From positions 2,944,001 through 3,008,000 of the forward strand of contig OZ245033.1 of NCBI GenBank assembly GCA_965224025.1: a stretch of 64,000 bases of DNA, read 5' to 3'. Numbering within the stretch: position 1 is the stretch's first letter; the number at the start of each line of letters is the position of its first letter. Source of the stretch: Candidatus Multivorans sp. Its GTDB lineage: Bacteria; Acidobacteriota; Thermoanaerobaculia; Multivoradales; Multivoraceae. A program made the position numbers and the translations under genes. The notes below the pieces were generated by a model that saw only the letters and a list, made by a program, of their open reading frames with translations, was not told the DNA's origin and did no database searches. Positions 60,890 to 64,000 of the stretch are shown here, one piece after another.

Positions 60890-61978
60890 CTACGCGGTCT
60901 TCGCGATCTTCCGGCGCAGCCAGTCGATCAGCACGCGGTTCGTCTCCTCCGGCTTCTCCTGCGGCGTCCAGTGGCCGCAGTCCGCGACCGTGTACTTCTC
61001 GAAGTCGTCGATGAAGTCCTCCATGCCGTCGGCGGAGGAGGGTCGCAGGATGACGTCGTTCTCGGCGCCGATGTAGAGGCACGGCACTTCGATCTCCCAC
61101 TTCGCGTTTTCGATCTCCGGGAAGGGACGGCCGGCCATGCGGTACCAGTTCAGGCCGCCGGTGAAGCCGGTGATCTCGAAGGTCTCGGTGAAGTAGTCCA
61201 GCGCCTCCTCCGACAGGAACACCTCGCCGGGGTAGTCCTCGCGGTCGAGCATCCGGAGCAGGTCCATCTGCCGTTCCGGGGAGTCCGCCGGCATCGCCTT
61301 GAACGCCTCGACGTCCCAGATGTAGCCGCGACGGAGAAGCATCTCGAAGGACTTGCGCACGTCGGCGGATAGTGCCTTCTCCGCCCGGCCGGGCTCCTGG
61401 AACTGGACCGTGTAGTAGTTCTCGGACCGGACGATGAGCGGTTCCTCGGAAGGCTCCGGGCGGGCCATTCCCGGCGGCCGCCCGCCAGGCGTGTTCACGC
61501 CGACGATGCCGAGGCAGCGGTCCGGGTGCAGCCGCGCCATCATCCACACGACGCCGCCGCCCCAGTCGTGGCCGACGAAGACGGCCTTGTCGATCTTGAG
61601 CGCGTCGAGCATGCCGGCCATGTCGTCGCACAGGTGCCTGAGGCTGTAGCCGTCTACGTCGTCCGGCCGGTCGGTCAGACCGTAGCCGCGCTGATCGGGG
61701 GCGATGGCTCGGAACCCGGCCTCTGCGAGCGCGGGGAGCTGGAAGCGCCAGGAGAAGGCGAGTTCGGGGAACCCGTGGCAGAGCACGACGGGGACGCCCG
61801 ATCCCTGCTCGTAGACGGCCATGCGGATGCCGTTCGTCTCGACGAAGCGGGGTGACGGCATGCCGGGCGCCGGTCGGACCTCGGCGCCAAGGGACATTCG
61901 GGGCAGGGCCAGCGCGCCGGCCAAACCGGTTGTCGTTTGTAGAAAGCTGCGGCGGGAGATAGTAGGGAATCGGATCAT
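60890..61978 (-). CDS. Epoxide hydrolase-like alpha/beta hydrolase with Tat signal
   Basis: SRRSFLQ leader, HGFPE, PDQRGYG, GHDWGG, GGLNWYR, CGHWT. Confidence 0.9.
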   Translation of the reverse strand: MIRFPTISRRSFLQTTTGLAGALALPRMSLGAEVRPAPGMPSPRFVETNGIRMAVYEQGSGVPVVLCHGFPELAFSWRFQLPALAEAGFRAIAPDQRGYGLTDRPDDVDGYSLRHLCDDMAGMLDALKIDKAVFVGHDWGGGVVWMMARLHPDRCLGIVGVNTPGGRPPGMARPEPSEEPLIVRSENYYTVQFQEPGRAEKALSADVRKSFEMLLRRGYIWDVEAFKAMPADSPERQMDLLRMLDREDYPGEVFLSEEALDYFTETFEITGFTGGLNWYRMAGRPFPEIENAKWEIEVPCLYIGAENDVILRPSSADGMEDFIDDFEKYTVADCGHWTPQEKPEETNRVLIDWLRRKIAKTA

Positions 61979-62064
61979 CGGGCCTCCGGCACTGGCTTGG
62001 GGACGGGCTGGGTTGGAGCGGACTGCCGGAGTATTTCAGGCTGCGGAGGGGTTGCGGGTGTAGA

Positions 62065-62439
62065 GTGATATCGATGCACAGCGCTTTCCGGCTCATCTCG
62101 GCGTTCCTGGCACTGGCGGTCCTGGCCGCCCCGGTGGTTGGAATGTGCGTCTCGTTCGCCGCACCGGACGCCCCGTGCGAGATGCTGCAAGCGCCCGAGA
62201 TGGCGTCCTGCGGCCACGGCGAGATGGTGATGTCGGGGTGTTGCAGCGTCGAGTCGGCGGCGCCGTCTGCGGACGCGATCCTGTCCGGCTCTGCCGGCGA
62301 CATCGATCCGCCCGCACTCAGCCAGGGCGGGTTCGACGCGTTCGCCGCCGGTGGAAACGGGGCCGCGGTCCTCGCCTGCGACGCTGATCCGCCGCCGACC
62401 GTTCCGCGCTACACGCTCTTCTCGGCGCTGTTGCTCTGA
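62065..62439 (+). CDS. Small Cys/Met/His-rich protein upstream of the efflux operon
   Basis: Hydrophobic N-terminus, CEM..SCGHGEMVMSGCC, C-terminal DPPPTVPRYTLFSALLL. Confidence 0.6.
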   Translation: MISMHSAFRLISAFLALAVLAAPVVGMCVSFAAPDAPCEMLQAPEMASCGHGEMVMSGCCSVESAAPSADAILSGSAGDIDPPALSQGGFDAFAAGGNGAAVLACDADPPPTVPRYTLFSALLL

Positions 62440-62518
62440 TCCTCCGCTGAAGCGAGTCAAGCGGTCGTCTTCCGAGGGAAGGTGGCCGCAGGAAACACGT
62501 TTCTGCGGAGGAGTTCAG

Positions 62519-63955
62519 ATGCATCAGTTGCGCAAGCGTCACTACAGAGGCAACGCCGGCAGGCACAAACGCCTGCTCGATCGATCAACGCCTTGCCTGC
62601 TTGCCGTCGTTCTGGTCGCGGCGGCGGCCGCGCGACCATTGACGGCCGAAACCGATCAGCAGCCTCGGCTGGCCGAGGGCCCCGTGCCGGCAGGGGCCGA
62701 TCTGGTCGCGGAGGGCATCCGGGAGCCGGAACTGCGCGCCCTGGTCGAGGAGTCGCTGGACCGGTATCCGGCTATTCGAGCCGGTTTCGCGCGCGCCCGC
62801 GCCGCCGCGCAGAAGGCGCCCCAGGTTGCCTCCCTGCCTGACCCGACGGCGGAAGCGACGGCCTTCCTCCTGCCGCCGGAAACCCGCGTCGGCCCTCAGC
62901 GCCTCATGCTCGGCTTCAGCCAGGCCGTGCCGTGGTTGGCCAAGCTCGATCTGAAGGAAGCCGCCGCGCTCCAGGAGGCTGTCGCCGTGGAACACGAGGT
63001 ACAGGCGGATCGCCTGCGGCTGGTCACCGACGTTCGGCGGCTGTACCACGAACTCCTCTTTCTGGATCGTTCGCGGGTAACCGTGACGACCCTGCTGGAA
63101 GACCTGGACCAGCACGAGGAAGTAGCCCAGGCCCGCTACGCGACCGGCGTCGGTTCGACGCAGGCGGTGCTCAAGCTGCAGGCGGAGATGACGCGGGCCC
63201 GACAGGAGCTGCTGGACCTCGACTCCAGGGAAGCGGCTTTTCGCGCGCGGCTGAACGCCCTGAGGGATCGGCCGCCAGCGACGCCGGTGACGAGAGGGGC
63301 GTTGCCGGAGGGCATCGGGGAGGTCGGCCTGAAGCCGGAGCAGCTACTCGACCAGGCGCGAAGTGCGCGGCCGGAGCTGCAGGCCGCCGATGCACGGCTG
63401 GCGCGTGCCGACCTGGTGGAGCGTCTGGCCCGGATGGCTCGCCGGCCGGACTTCAAGGTTGGCGTCACCTACACGCTGGTGACATCGCGCGACGACGATG
63501 CCGCGCGCCTTCTGGCGATTCAGGGTGACGGCAACGACGTGTTCGGCCTGCGCGGTGGCGTCACGCTGCCGGTCCGGAAACGGAGCCGCGCCGCCGCGAT
63601 CCAGGAGGCGCTCGACCTGCGGTCGCACGCCGTGGACGAGAGACGGCACGCGGAACTGTCGATCGAAACGGAAGTAGGCGATCTGACCGAGAGGCTGCCG
63701 TTGGCCTGGCGCCGATTGCGGTTGCTCGAGGACCTGCTGGTCGTCCAGGCCGACGAGGCGCTCGAGTCGGCCGAGGCGGGGTACATCGCGGGCGCCCTGA
63801 ACACCCTCGACCTCGTCGACGCCGAGGAGGTGCTGTTCGAGGCGCGGACGGCGGTCGACAAGGCGCGGGTGGACTATCTGATCGGCTTGGCGGAACTGGA
63901 GGGTGCTGTCGGCAGACCGTTGCCGGCGCCTGCGAGTGGAGGAACGGAGCAATGA
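62519..63955 (+). CDS. TolC-family outer membrane factor (heavy-metal efflux type)
   Basis: SLPDP, GFSQAVPWLAKL, ARYATG, ARPEL, RRPDF, GYIAG; GGAGGAG before ATG 62519. Confidence 0.87.
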   Translation: MHQLRKRHYRGNAGRHKRLLDRSTPCLLAVVLVAAAAARPLTAETDQQPRLAEGPVPAGADLVAEGIREPELRALVEESLDRYPAIRAGFARARAAAQKAPQVASLPDPTAEATAFLLPPETRVGPQRLMLGFSQAVPWLAKLDLKEAAALQEAVAVEHEVQADRLRLVTDVRRLYHELLFLDRSRVTVTTLLEDLDQHEEVAQARYATGVGSTQAVLKLQAEMTRARQELLDLDSREAAFRARLNALRDRPPATPVTRGALPEGIGEVGLKPEQLLDQARSARPELQAADARLARADLVERLARMARRPDFKVGVTYTLVTSRDDDAARLLAIQGDGNDVFGLRGGVTLPVRKRSRAAAIQEALDLRSHAVDERRHAELSIETEVGDLTERLPLAWRRLRLLEDLLVVQADEALESAEAGYIAGALNTLDLVDAEEVLFEARTAVDKARVDYLIGLAELEGAVGRPLPAPASGGTEQ

Positions 63956-64000
63956 CGAACCAGACGAACGGTGCCGGGCATGCGGTCCGAACCTGGCTGC
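63952..64000 (+). CDS. Start of the next operon gene (adaptor subunit expected), truncated by window
   Basis: ATGA overlap with the TolC stop and GGAG SD; only 16 codons visible. Confidence 0.5.
   Translation, partial: MTNQTNGAGHAVRTWL

Overview
High-GC bacterial DNA. The gene families present (Oar-like TonB receptor, several soluble PQQ-type beta-propeller dehydrogenases, DUF1592/DUF1552, a PVC-type haem protein, DUF6152-like protein with its partners, many sulfatases and PIN toxin-antitoxin pairs) suggest an Acidobacteriota-like, possibly host-associated organism (inference). Left to right: partial C5 DNA methyltransferase; ABC-2 exporter; Tat-signal haloalkane dehalogenase; TA pair; decarboxylase with an in-frame stop; split MFS/spermidine-synthase-like genes; TonB receptor; PQQ-DH/DUF1592/DUF1552 operon; an 11.7 kb minus-strand operon of exported proteins (three 'ACHEGN'-family proteins, a His-His DUF6152-like protein and a duplicated PQQ-DH plus sulfatase unit); sugar-oxidation-like cluster; decayed genes and TA modules; fumarase; galM; a MacAB-like ABC operon containing two tandem 21-aa ORFs; a sulfatase split by an IS1634 element and fused to other gene pieces; Tat-signal epoxide hydrolase; start of a metal-efflux operon. 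A REP-ended element of about 160 bp occurs three times. No rRNA, tRNA or CRISPR array was seen. Many genes are broken, several at G/C homopolymers, which may be sequencing error. All family calls come from motif recognition, not database searches.
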